DNA of 64,000 nucleotides from a virus (Duplodnaviria; Caudoviricetes), in the IMG/VR virus record IMGVR_UViG_3300037808_002146. The stretch is one strand, 5' to 3'. Shown here piece by piece: positions 30,424 to 41,400 of the stretch. Numbering within the stretch: position 1 is the first letter of the stretch; each line of letters opens with the position of its first letter. A program made the position numbers and the translations under genes. The notes beneath the pieces were generated by a model. That model was given only the letters and a program-made list of their open reading frames with translations, did no database searches and was not told the origin of the DNA.

Positions 30424-30636
30424 CTAGTACATCAACTTTTTTAAATTTTTCAAATGAGTATCAAAAACGCAGTATTGTGATGAAATGTACTCAACAGCAA
30501 ACGATTGTGCTTCGCCTTTGGGATTTTCGAAATCAAACTTAAATCTACCGCTAGCTTCTCTCGTCGCAGATAAAAGCTTTAGGCCCTTTAGCATTAAATA
30601 AGCGGCTATTGCAATATCTGATGTTGTATAATTCAT
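30424..30636 (-). CDS. Small protein, 70 aa, DUF5659-like
   Basis: TSDIAIAAYLMLKGLKLLS...GRFKFDF resembles the DUF5659 pattern as I recall it. GAGGTAGGG lies upstream. Confidence 0.5.
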   Translation of the reverse strand: MNYTTSDIAIAAYLMLKGLKLLSATREASGRFKFDFENPKGEAQSFAVEYISSQYCVFDTHLKNLKKLMY

Positions 30637-30666
30637 ATTTAGTTAAACCCTACCTCTATTCTAAGA

Positions 30667-30674
30667 ATAAGTAT
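30667..30674 (-). promoter_or_regulatory. Candidate late-promoter motif ATACTTAT
   Basis: Instance of ATANTTA(T/A) overlapping the stop of the 483-aa gene, upstream of the 70-aa gene. Confidence 0.35.
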
Positions 30675-32125
30675 TACATTACGCTTATTATTACATTGTC
30701 GTCGGCCAAAAGATCGAAAGTAAAAACGACGTTATTAGTTGGTTGTATAATATAATCATTGTTAGAGCCACTAGTAAGTAAAACTCCGTTAACAAAAACA
30801 TCTATTCTTTCCGGGTTATAGCCAACATTTAAAAAATTATAACCTGAAGCTAGCGGACTTCCAGTAGACAGCGCAGAAGATATTGGAAGCATAATTTTTT
30901 TTCTTTTTATATCTAGATCAATAAAGCCAGCGGAGCCGGTTGTTAAAGTTAAAAATTCAGAGGTTCTCAAAACTCTCTCATTAGATAGAATATCATGAGC
31001 TTCGAAAGTTAAAAATGGTGCGTCTGCGGGCGCACCACCTCCAGATATAACTACATCCAATAAATCATCGTCTTGCACTGCAAAGGAAAACTTTAAAGAG
31101 CTAGGACCAGTTAGGTAGTAATCAGCTTGGGAGCTGGAAACTTCGCTAGCCGATCCTGAGTGTAGAAGCATACCATTTAAAAAAACATCTATAGATTTAG
31201 GATCGTAATCTACAGTTGATAAGTCACTACTAGAAACTGATACGTCCGTCATCCTATTGGCTGGACTCAACTCATATATGTCTTTATCCCTACCATTTCC
31301 GCTGCCCGTACCTCCGGAACTTCCAACTAACGTTTTTAATTGAGTTAGCGTAATTTTTTTCGGATTGTTGCTATCGCTAGCGTCAGAGATAGCAATAGAA
31401 TCTCCTAAATTTCCAGAGTTAGAATCCGCTGATAGGTTGTTTATATCTAAATTCAATGTTGCAGAACCTGAGTTAGCTCCGCCACCCATACCGGTGCCCG
31501 CTACAACAGCTGTAATGTCTCCGCTACCACCTCCAGAAGATTCACTTAAATAATCTCCTACGTATAGGAAACATTCAACATACGTTGGATTTTGGGAATG
31601 ATTCCCGGTACCAGGTGGGTCTTGTTGGAAAAATATACCATTAAAATAATCTAAATTCCAATCGCGAGCATCGGCTACAGGAATGACTGTACCTGAGCCG
31701 AATGTGCCATAATAAGGCTTAGCTTCGTAGCTTGGCGAAAACGAAGTTGGTATTAATTGTAAAGAACCAGAAGTTATGTTGATTGATTGGTTATTTAAAT
31801 AGGGATAAGTACCTTTTTTAGAGTTACTCGAAGAACTTTCATAGTCAGAAGGGAGTTTAATTTCAAATGCGTGACGGCCTGATGCAGTGTCTGTACCATT
31901 TATAAATGTAACTGGCAATCTCAAGAACTCAACGTTACCAGTTTTTGTGTATGGGCTCGAGCTAACCGGAGATGAGGTAATATCACTCGCAAATATAGTT
32001 GTTGTGCTAAGTGTTACTCCAGATGGTAACGCTTCGTTGATCAAACCTTTTTCGTTAGAAGTATGCGCTTTTCCAGACAGCTTCTTAAGAGAAATAAGTC
32101 TTTCTGTTTGAGCGCTATATGCCAC
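30674..32125 (-). CDS. Short fibre-like virion protein, 483 aa (anchor X + two VF[LV]NG..L..G..DY tip domains)
   Basis: GTG start with GGAG SD. The N-terminal ~195 aa is highly similar to 32148..38474 (ISLKKLSGKAHTSNEK; PVADARDWNLDYFNGI.FQQDPPGTG). Confidence 0.72.
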   Translation of the reverse strand: MAYSAQTERLISLKKLSGKAHTSNEKGLINEALPSGVTLSTTTIFASDITSSPVSSSPYTKTGNVEFLRLPVTFINGTDTASGRHAFEIKLPSDYESSSSNSKKGTYPYLNNQSINITSGSLQLIPTSFSPSYEAKPYYGTFGSGTVIPVADARDWNLDYFNGIFFQQDPPGTGNHSQNPTYVECFLYVGDYLSESSGGGSGDITAVVAGTGMGGGANSGSATLNLDINNLSADSNSGNLGDSIAISDASDSNNPKKITLTQLKTLVGSSGGTGSGNGRDKDIYELSPANRMTDVSVSSSDLSTVDYDPKSIDVFLNGMLLHSGSASEVSSSQADYYLTGPSSLKFSFAVQDDDLLDVVISGGGAPADAPFLTFEAHDILSNERVLRTSEFLTLTTGSAGFIDLDIKRKKIMLPISSALSTGSPLASGYNFLNVGYNPERIDVFVNGVLLTSGSNNDYIIQPTNNVVFTFDLLADDNVIISVM

Positions 32126-32147
32126 TTAGTTTCTCCAAAGTTTTAAC

Positions 32148-35100
32148 TTATGACCAGCTAAAGGTAATGCTGCTTATATTACCTGTCCAAGTCTTATCTG
32201 CTACTATTTTAATTATAACGTAATCGTCGTCTCCCACACCTTGAACTCCAAATGTGCCTGTATTTGTAGCATTGAGACTTGAATCGAAAGATCCGGTAAA
32301 GCAACCATCATTATCAGCATATTGCCCGTTAGCGAAAGCTACTGCCAAATCTAAGAACCCGGTAGAAGTAGATGTAGAAGTCTGGGGCAACTTTATAAAA
32401 ACTCTAAATCGATTTCCCGATAGTGATGTTGAACTATTAACTATAGTTCCTGTTCCGTTGATAACGATACTGAAATTGTATTTTGTAGCTCCGGTATTAT
32501 TTTGAAAATATCTTACGTAATCCCTTGTTGCATTTGATAAAGAATTGTAATTGGGGTTTCCAGTTGGCGAAATAATATTGCTTGATCCGTTGTCAACTGT
32601 TCCTCTGAAGTCTCCCAATTGGCTAGCATGACCTGCTTTTTGAGGCGAAACTAGCTTATTGTTATAGATCATAAGCCCAGTATTATGACTAGCGGTACCT
32701 CCGTTTAGGCTCGTTTGGCTATTCCATGGGTAAACAAAAGAGCCACCCGTGTAGACATCTGATTGAGAGTCATAGTCATTGTTAATTCCAGCATTTGCTT
32801 TTTGTAACCTCTTTGATTCACCCTTAAAGTTTTCGACTAAGACAGTTGAATTATCGGCATCTGTAAATACTAACCACTGGACTGTAGATGTTGAAGATGT
32901 AGAACTATCTCCTGCCAACGGGTGATTAATACGGCCTTGGAGAGTTGCTATATGCGCTGTTTCCCCGGGCAAGGACGAAGATTGATCAAAAGTAAAAGAT
33001 CCCGTAACATTTAATTGCAAATTATATGCTCCCGAAACCCCGGTACTTAGACTTGGCAGGCTTCTTGATGTTGAAGAAACTGAGCCATCTGCAATGCCGC
33101 CGCCGGCGCATGCTATAGAAGTTATAGTCGAATTTGTCGTTACTGGATAATCAATCGCATCTGCATCGGTGCTGTAAATATGCTTGTATATATCGGCAAC
33201 TCGATACTTAAACTTAGCAGTTGGAGATACAAAATATTTGATACCAGATAAGTTGTACGCACTACCAGTTTCTGCAAAGGTATCTATTGAAACTCCCGAG
33301 AAAGCTATTGTCCTCGAAGCATCGTCATTTACCCATTCAACGTATGTAGATGCATGGTCAGTAGCGCTAATTGTATGAATAACTCTAGCGTAGTTCCAAC
33401 CCGATCTTTGATCAGCTGTACCGACTTGATAACCACCAGTTCTATAAAATTTTGTAAAGTCTGGTAAACTACTGCTATCTAGGCCAGCTGTTGCAGCCAA
33501 AAGGCTTGAAAAGCCTGAACCATTAGAATTCAAGCTATTCCCTGATGTAAAAGATGCTAAGTTGACCGAGTGAATAACGCTGCCGTTAACTTCAAGTTTT
33601 AGCGTCCCCGTATTTGCCGATCCGCCGCCAAAAGCGTTGGCTGGATAAGCATTTCCGCTAGCGTTAGTTGTTTCGTTTATTTCGCCAGAGATAACAGTCG
33701 AACCGTTGAATACGCCTCTTCTAATTCCAGAAAGAGAATAAGCACCATTTGCGTTCACTTCTGAAGAACCCGCGGTTGTTTCTACATTATTGTATCCTGA
33801 CTTTGTAAGAGTGTCACCGAATGATAGCTTACCATTAACGCCAGATTGATTCGAGTCAATATTTCCTACAGCGGGAGAAGCCGATACACTCCCAACAGCA
33901 CCAAAACTAACTGCAAAGTTTTCTAAATAACCGCTCCAGTTTGAATCAGCTTCGATTCTTGCAACGATGAACTCATTTGTTCCAACCTCTACGGTTCCAA
34001 AAGATATGTTATTTGTCATTGAAGTTGAAGTATCAACGCTGCCAATTGCTCCGCCCGCTCCGTCTGTCGTGGTACCAAAACTAAAAGCATTTTTCGCATC
34101 TAGATAACCAGTTACATTTCCTGATCCATCTGAAGGCATTCTAAATGATAACTTGAAGTTTTTGTTTGTCCCAACAGAATCGCCAGCTCCAACCAGTGTT
34201 GCGTCGCCTGTTATTGTATAAGAAAAATCCCTAACTGAAGAGCCTGCGTTTTGAAATTTTCTATAATATACTCTAGTACCAGATATTCCGGAGTAATTTG
34301 GGTTGCCGGCAGGGCCATTAGCTAGAGAACCTCCATCGCCTGAGTTTCTAAAATCGCCAGTATTAAGTGTATTTTTTGGAGAGTATAATCTTTCTCTGTA
34401 TACTTGCAATCCTGTATTGTGACCCGCATCGCCGCCGACCATGGTTGTTGCTGAATTCCATGCATTGCCGCTAGCGGCATCCGATTGATTTGCGTAGCTT
34501 CCGGATATTATCCTATAGGTTTCGCTAACGAAAGGTTCAGAGGTGACAGTAGCTGACTCTGACACGTTATAAAGTAGTATACCAGCAGCAGAAGCTTGGC
34601 CGGCATTTGAGAGATTGGATTTAATAGGATGAGAAACGTTAACACCGGCTGTAATTGACCCGCCTAGTATATAATTTGCTGTTATATTATCAGTTTCATC
34701 AACAACTATTTGTTTGGTATGAGATTCACCACCGCCTGTGTTTATAGACGCTTTCGCGATACTGCTGATTGCGTACGATACTCCGGAGGTAGTTCCGGAA
34801 TTTGACGTTGTAAAAGAAGTAGCGGTAGAATCATAGACATATTTATACGCATTCGTTACAGTAACTTGATATCGACCTGTACCACTGGCATTATAAGTTA
34901 TTCCTGAGAGTCTATTAGTTCCAACTCCGGCATAAGCTAAAGAGTTTGAACCAGCCGCTAGGGCTGAAGAGTTGTTATCGTTAACCCACTCAATGTAATT
35001 CGTCGTAACAGTAGTACTTCCATTGTTATGCTTTACTCTAGCATAGTTCCACCCGTTTCTTTGAGATGCTGCAGCTACCTTAAATTGTCCTGTTCTGTGC

Positions 35101-38100
35101 TTAAAATTATCGAATGTAGTCCCATTATCGAATTGGCCAGAACTAGTAGCTGATATGTTTATAAACCCAGAGCCATCACCATCAACTTCGTTATCGGTAC
35201 CCGATCCAGGAGAGCCGGTACCAGTTGAAGCTGAAGTTAAACTCACTGTGTGGATAGTACTTCCATTAACCTCTAAGATTAGGGAGCCAAGCTGAGCATT
35301 TCCGAAAGAGTTTGCTGGATAGTTTGTCCTGCTAGACGGTGAGGTAACATCTGCGGCAATATCTTCGTTTAAATCACCGATAATATCGGTTGAACCATTA
35401 AAAACAGCTACCCTTAAGTTATTAGAACTTGTAGCTGTTGCGTAATCGCCATTAACATCAACAGCTGCAGCGATACCAGCAGAAGCTGCTACTGAGATAT
35501 ATGGTGGTGAAGCTGCTGATTGATCATTTGACGTACCAAAAGCTAGCTTAACATCTACACCATCAACATTTGAATCAATATCATCTAAATCTGGGGCTGG
35601 AGCTGGAACTAGCAGTTTAAGAATTTCATTAAAACGATCAATAGGAGTACCTACCGCGGTTGAAGTTGTGAAATCTGTAAAGAGTCCGTCAGTATAATCT
35701 CCATCTTCTGCGGCGCCAATATTACCGCTACCGCTTCCACCTGGAAGTTGGCTAGCTGCAACGTATTTGACATTACCATCGGTTATGTCTTGTACTAAGA
35801 CTAAATCTCCGCTTGCGACAGTTATATTTCCACCGCCACTAGTGCCATCAGCAGCTGCTTTTATAATAGAATCAGCCCCTGCATAATCTACATTAATGAC
35901 ACCGGCCGATGCGCCTAGCCCAGTTCCTGCTGCTGATGACATTATATCTACAATTGATTCTTTCTTAGAAGCATTGCTATCATTAGCATCTATAATAGCT
36001 ATTGAATCGTTAGCCATATCGACTGTAGCTGCTGTTAGCTCATTCAAATCTAGTTTCAAAGCATTCGAGGCGTAAGCTAGACCATCGCCGGCTGCATTTG
36101 CGTTAATCATCGAACCTTCGACAGCATTCGCTCCAATGGTGAGAGCTCCTCCGGCAGCGATTGTAGCATCGCCTGTAATGTTTCCAAATATCGCATCTTC
36201 TAGATTTGAGAACGTAATCTTTTTCTCTGTTCCATTATCAGAAAATATAAAATGATCTTGCGTCTGGTGCAATCCCGTGCCGCCCAAAGCGCTTAATTCA
36301 TCAATATCAACAGATAAGACGCCGGCCGTGGCTACTAATCCAGAACCCGCTGTGGCAGTTATAATGTCAGCAATTGATTCTTTTTTGGATGAATTATCAG
36401 TTGCGTCAACGATCGCGATTGAGTCATTAGCCATATCAACGTCTGCAGCTGATAATTCATTTAAGTCGACAGCCAAAGCTGAGCCACCGCCACCTGTCAA
36501 CCCGCTGCCTGCGGCAGCTGCAGAGATTCTCAAATTGTCAGATCCATCATCTTCTAAACCAGTACCTGCAAAGTTTGCTGGTTCTACAGCTAATTCCGTA
36601 GAGTCTATCTTTATGCCTCCCGATGTTTTTAGATCTAAGCTGAATACTTTTCCTGTTAAATCAAGACCATCACCAGCAGAAAAAACGCCTGGGCCGGAAA
36701 ATTGCGACCATGTGATTGCGGTAGTACCAACAGTGATTGTTCCATCGTTTGTGCAAACATAGCCTGTATCTCCATTTACAGTTCCCTGTTCGACGAAGAC
36801 ATGCGCTCCACCAGTTATATCTCCTTGGTCAGCATCATCAGCTCGAGTCAACGTTAGAGTAGCCCCATTGAGGGCTCCAACTGTATAAATACCATTCCAC
36901 TTATTATGAACGCCAGCTGAGTTTGAGTTAACACCATCTTTGATTAAAACCCTGCTACCTGCAGTGACTGAAATTGCATCAATAGTTAGCGTGTCCGCTG
37001 TAGCATTGAAACCGCCTTCGCCGTCAGCCAAAACCAAAGTGGATCCTGAAGCTGTAGAAGCCATCGTAAATGAAGCTACTGTTGCTGCCATAACTGAATC
37101 TTTTGGATCTAGACCGGCAGCAACAGAATCTACGTAAGCTTTAATCGATTGTTGAGTTGCTAAGGAGGTAGAGCTATTTGATGCCATGTTATCTTCATCT
37201 AAAATGGCTATAGCAGCTGGACCTGCAGCACCTCCAGAAACATTACCAATAACTTTCATATCAGCTAAGTTTGCCATTTTTGTTAGTGTAACGCCAGAAT
37301 CTTTTAGCCTTAATGCATCAGAATTAATTTCAATGCCAGTATCGTCAACGCCAACTGATAATACGCCCGACGTTGCTGCTAAGCCGGCTCCAGCCGCAGC
37401 GGTAATAACATCTGCAATTGACTCCTTTTTAGAAGAATTGTCCGTTGCATCAATGATTGCGATTGAGTCATTAGCTACGTCTACCGCTGCTGCGGTAAGC
37501 TCATTGAGATCAACTTTAAGAGCATTCGAAGCGTATACTAAACCATCACCAGCAGCATTTGCATTTATCATTGAACCTTCAACCGCGTTGCCGCCGATTG
37601 TTAGAGCACCGCCGGCAGCAATAGTAGCATCGCCGGTAACATTTCCAAATATTGCGTCTTCTAAATTAGAAAATGTGATCTTTTTCTCTGTTCCATTGTC
37701 AGAAAATATAAAGTGGTCTTGCGTTTGATGGAGGCTTGTACCACCTAGGGCGGATAATCCATCGACGTCTAAATCTAAAGTAACGGCTCCTGAGCCTCCA
37801 CCTCCGGATAAACCGGTTCCAGCCGTGACGCCTGTTATGTCACCCGTTTGAGAAACTATTGAGTCTAAAAAGTCTCCAATATACAAGTAAGCTTCAATAT
37901 AATCTGGATTCTCAGCGTGTGCTCCAGTCCCAGGAGGATCCTGCTGAAAAAGTATACCATTGAAATAATCTAAATTCCAGTCTCGAGCATCTGCTACTGG
38001 AATTAGAGATCCACTCCCTATCGTTCCATAGTACGGCTTAGCTTCGTAATCTGGAGCAAAAGAAGGGGGAATTAGCTGCAATGAACCAGAAGTTATATTA

Positions 38101-38474
38101 ATTGATTGGCTGTTTTTAAAAGGATAAGTTCCCGCTAAAGGATTATCAGATTCAGCTTCGTAATTGGATGGTAGCTTTATCTCAAAGCCATGCCTACCAC
38201 TCGCAGTGTCTGTTCCAGCAATAAAACTTACTGGTAACCTTAAAAACTCTACAATGCCACCGCTATATTGCGTTGAGCCGGCACCACCGGTAACCTTATA
38301 AGGGAATGGGGAAACAATTCCAGGGGGTGGAGCTTCTCCAAATATTGTATTAGAACTTAATGTTACCCCTGTGGGAAGAGCTTCGTTATAAAGCTCTTTC
38401 TCATTGGACGTATGAGCTTTTCCGGAAAGCTTCTTTAACGAAATAAATGTTTTCGAGAGATCACTGAGGGCCAT
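32148..38474 (-). CDS. Long fibre-like virion protein, 2108 aa (anchor X + repeated shaft + two tandem ~580-aa domains)
   Basis: Common phage-fibre module LATQQSIKAYVDSVAAGLDPKDSV...NGIY...VFVEQG...GTTAITWSQFSG (~36700-37170). Shaft repeats DLNEL.AA.VD.ANDSIAI.DA.D.SSKKESI. Duplicated C-terminal block. Confidence 0.75.
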   Translation of the reverse strand: MALSDLSKTFISLKKLSGKAHTSNEKELYNEALPTGVTLSSNTIFGEAPPPGIVSPFPYKVTGGAGSTQYSGGIVEFLRLPVSFIAGTDTASGRHGFEIKLPSNYEAESDNPLAGTYPFKNSQSINITSGSLQLIPPSFAPDYEAKPYYGTIGSGSLIPVADARDWNLDYFNGILFQQDPPGTGAHAENPDYIEAYLYIGDFLDSIVSQTGDITGVTAGTGLSGGGGSGAVTLDLDVDGLSALGGTSLHQTQDHFIFSDNGTEKKITFSNLEDAIFGNVTGDATIAAGGALTIGGNAVEGSMINANAAGDGLVYASNALKVDLNELTAAAVDVANDSIAIIDATDNSSKKESIADVITAAAGAGLAATSGVLSVGVDDTGIEINSDALRLKDSGVTLTKMANLADMKVIGNVSGGAAGPAAIAILDEDNMASNSSTSLATQQSIKAYVDSVAAGLDPKDSVMAATVASFTMASTASGSTLVLADGEGGFNATADTLTIDAISVTAGSRVLIKDGVNSNSAGVHNKWNGIYTVGALNGATLTLTRADDADQGDITGGAHVFVEQGTVNGDTGYVCTNDGTITVGTTAITWSQFSGPGVFSAGDGLDLTGKVFSLDLKTSGGIKIDSTELAVEPANFAGTGLEDDGSDNLRISAAAAGSGLTGGGGSALAVDLNELSAADVDMANDSIAIVDATDNSSKKESIADIITATAGSGLVATAGVLSVDIDELSALGGTGLHQTQDHFIFSDNGTEKKITFSNLEDAIFGNITGDATIAAGGALTIGANAVEGSMINANAAGDGLAYASNALKLDLNELTAATVDMANDSIAIIDANDSNASKKESIVDIMSSAAGTGLGASAGVINVDYAGADSIIKAAADGTSGGGNITVASGDLVLVQDITDGNVKYVAASQLPGGSGSGNIGAAEDGDYTDGLFTDFTTSTAVGTPIDRFNEILKLLVPAPAPDLDDIDSNVDGVDVKLAFGTSNDQSAASPPYISVAASAGIAAAVDVNGDYATATSSNNLRVAVFNGSTDIIGDLNEDIAADVTSPSSRTNYPANSFGNAQLGSLILEVNGSTIHTVSLTSASTGTGSPGSGTDNEVDGDGSGFINISATSSGQFDNGTTFDNFKHRTGQFKVAAASQRNGWNYARVKHNNGSTTVTTNYIEWVNDNNSSALAAGSNSLAYAGVGTNRLSGITYNASGTGRYQVTVTNAYKYVYDSTATSFTTSNSGTTSGVSYAISSIAKASINTGGGESHTKQIVVDETDNITANYILGGSITAGVNVSHPIKSNLSNAGQASAAGILLYNVSESATVTSEPFVSETYRIISGSYANQSDAASGNAWNSATTMVGGDAGHNTGLQVYRERLYSPKNTLNTGDFRNSGDGGSLANGPAGNPNYSGISGTRVYYRKFQNAGSSVRDFSYTITGDATLVGAGDSVGTNKNFKLSFRMPSDGSGNVTGYLDAKNAFSFGTTTDGAGGAIGSVDTSTSMTNNISFGTVEVGTNEFIVARIEADSNWSGYLENFAVSFGAVGSVSASPAVGNIDSNQSGVNGKLSFGDTLTKSGYNNVETTAGSSEVNANGAYSLSGIRRGVFNGSTVISGEINETTNASGNAYPANAFGGGSANTGTLKLEVNGSVIHSVNLASFTSGNSLNSNGSGFSSLLAATAGLDSSSLPDFTKFYRTGGYQVGTADQRSGWNYARVIHTISATDHASTYVEWVNDDASRTIAFSGVSIDTFAETGSAYNLSGIKYFVSPTAKFKYRVADIYKHIYSTDADAIDYPVTTNSTITSIACAGGGIADGSVSSTSRSLPSLSTGVSGAYNLQLNVTGSFTFDQSSSLPGETAHIATLQGRINHPLAGDSSTSSTSTVQWLVFTDADNSTVLVENFKGESKRLQKANAGINNDYDSQSDVYTGGSFVYPWNSQTSLNGGTASHNTGLMIYNNKLVSPQKAGHASQLGDFRGTVDNGSSNIISPTGNPNYNSLSNATRDYVRYFQNNTGATKYNFSIVINGTGTIVNSSTSLSGNRFRVFIKLPQTSTSTSTGFLDLAVAFANGQYADNDGCFTGSFDSSLNATNTGTFGVQGVGDDDYVIIKIVADKTWTGNISSITFSWS
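35940..37790 (-). repeat. Intragenic direct repeat (~120 codons, copies ~35940-36310 and ~37390-37790; shorter third copy ~36350-36475)
   Basis: LHQTQDHFIFSDNGTEKKITFSNLEDAIFGN.TGDATIAAGGALTIG.NAVEGSMINANAAGDGL occurs twice, nearly identical in protein. Confidence 0.9.
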
Positions 38475-38478
38475 TTAG

Positions 38479-41400
38479 CTAACTCCAATTTAGACTTATA
38501 GAACTAACGTTACCAGACCATGTAGCGTCTGCTTCGATCTTAATTAGTATGTACTCACCGTTTGCAACTGTTTTTACGCCAAAAGATGCATTATTTGTTG
38601 CCGGCAAAGAACTATCAAAAGCTCCTATTAGACAACCACTATTATTCGAATATTGCCCATTGGCAAATGGCAAGCTTAGATCCATCAACCCAGTCGATTG
38701 GCTGAGGCTGGTTTGAGGAATTTTAAAGAATACTTTTATCTTATTTCCGTTTAAGGCGCTGTTGTTAGAAATTATAGTACCGGTGCCGTTAATCGTAATA
38801 GAAAAATTAGATTTAGAACCACCAGTATTATTCGTAAAATATCGATAAAAAGTTCTTACTCCAGATGTTATGCCAGAGTAATCAACATTTCCAGCTGGGC
38901 TATTAGCCACTGAAGCAAAATTGCTGTTAAGGACGCCCGCCTTAGGTGCTATCAGTTTTTCATCATAAAACATTAACCCATTATTGCTAGATAAACTAGT
39001 AGAAGAATTCCAAGTGCCAGAATCTACGTCAGATTGGTTATCGTAATCGCCAGAGACTAATCTATAATTTTCCCTTTTAAAAGTTTCGCTAGTTACGGTA
39101 GAGGTATTGTTTATATTGTATAACAATATACCATTTATAGCAGCAGAACCAACCCCTGAGAGGTTACTTTTAATCGGGTGAGTTACGTTAGTGGAAACTG
39201 TAATTCCTGAATTTAACATCTTATTAGAGTTTATAGTCGCTGATCTTGATATATTCAAAATTTTGCTAGTATCTTCACTGGCAAAGTTAATGCTGGGAAT
39301 TGCTAAAGAAGATACAGCACAGTTAGTAGAACTAAAGGTTATGTTGTTTGTTGGGTAAACGTTTTTGTATAAATTCGTAATGTTTATCCCGTATGTGGCT
39401 GTTCCCCCCGTATGATATTTTACACCTGAAAGTTGGGTTGCTCCGGACATTGATAAGTTTATTAATTGAGAACTGTTGTGACCTAAATTCGAAGAATCGC
39501 TGTCATTTACCCATTCAATATAATTAGTTGTTCTATCTACACCACTTATAGTTTGAACTACACGAGCATAGTTCCACCCTTGTCTTTGATCAGCGGAATT
39601 AACTTTGTAAGTTCCAGTCCTATGTTTAAACGTATCGAAGTTCGTCCCATCAGCAAAGTGCCCAGGCTGAGCAGCTATCAAATTAAAACCAGAGCCGTTA
39701 GAATTTACCGAATCTCCCGAAGAGAATGAAGAAACGTTTACTGAATGTACTGGAGTAGAATTATTATTAACAAAAAGTTTCAAAGTACCTAGATTTCCAT
39801 CAGAAAAAGCGTTTGCAGGATAATTTGGAGAGTCAGCAACAATTCCAGAATTTAAAATACCATTAATTTCAGTAGTTCCATTAAAAACTCCCAATCTAGC
39901 ATGATTTCCTGATGTTTCACTCGAATAAGCTTGATTAACAGCTATTGAAGAAAATGGGTTAGCCGGAGTTAGTCCGGAGGTAACTACATTCGAGTAACTT
40001 GGAGAAGAGATTGCATTCGACGCGTCGAACGATAGTTTTGCGCTGACTCCAGAATCAACTGAATTCATTTTTGACAATTGACTAGCTGGCGATGGAGCTA
40101 AACTTTTTAAAATCTCGTTGAAACGATCTACCGCGGTACCGATTGCGGTAGACGTTGTAAAGTCTTCGAATAATCCGTCGGTATAATCTCCGTCCTCAGC
40201 AGATCCTATAGCAACCCCTGAAAATGATAGTTGGCTCGGATTAATATACTTCACAGTACCGTCCGTGTTATCCTGAATGAGTAGTAGGTCATTAGAAGAG
40301 TCTACTGTAACGCCAGTTCCGTCTGTTGCGGACTTAATTATTGAATCATTTCCCGCATAATCTAGATTTAAGGTAACTTCGCTGGTTATACCACCGCCTA
40401 ATATGCCTGTTCCGGCTGTAACTCGAGAAATACCACCGCCACTTCCACCACCGGATGACAAAGAACTAATCACTACTTGCCCTAATGAAGATGTCGTAAT
40501 CATAATGCCGGTACCGCCGACCATGTAGGGGCTTCCGTCGGTTAGCGTCTGTAAAGATCCAGAAACACCAGAGTTAAACTTTATATTCCCCGTAAATGTA
40601 TTAGCTGTCGTAAGCTGCGGGATTACAGCGGTGTTTATAGCGATACTACTAGCTGATGAGCCATCATACGAAAAAGCAGATATGCCTGTACCATGCGATA
40701 TTGCGCTTGGCACTTTTTGTACAAAAATGCCGGAACCCCCAGAACTTATTGTATCATTTGCTATTTTTACAGAAAATGTAGAAGCAGTAGCAGCATTTGG
40801 CGAAACGACGCTAATTGTATTACTACCTAGCGATAAGCTAGTTTTATCGACTAAGTCTGAAATAGCTCCAGCTGAGGTTTTTTTATTAGTTCCACTTTGA
40901 TCTATCAAAACTAAATCTGATCTCGCTGGGGTGCCTGAATTTAGGCCAGTGACGTTTACTGCCGCTGTAGCATTGATTGTTAATGTGCCATGCGTTGCGT
41001 TTTTGTTTATTGTGACGTTTGTTCCAGCTTGTACTAAGTCGTTGTTGTCTCCACCTTTTAAAACTTTAGTTTGTAAATCTCCACCAATAACTAAATTTCC
41101 GGAAAAAGTATTAGAAGCAGCCCCAAGCTGAGGGACTACTGCAGTATCTATCGATATGGTTGAATTAGAAGAGCCATTAAAATTTAAAGAAGATATTCCT
41201 GTAGAATGTGTCAATGACCCAGGCGTAGACGCAACGGATATTCCAGATGCTCCAATAGATATTGTAGAACCGTTAGCTTTAACTTTTATAGTTTTTGCAG
41301 CGCTGTTATTGTATTCAGAACCAGCGCTAGTATATTCTAAACCATCTCCAGTTGTTAGGGCGTTACTTAATTGAGACGGGCGTAGATTTGCTATTGTTAT

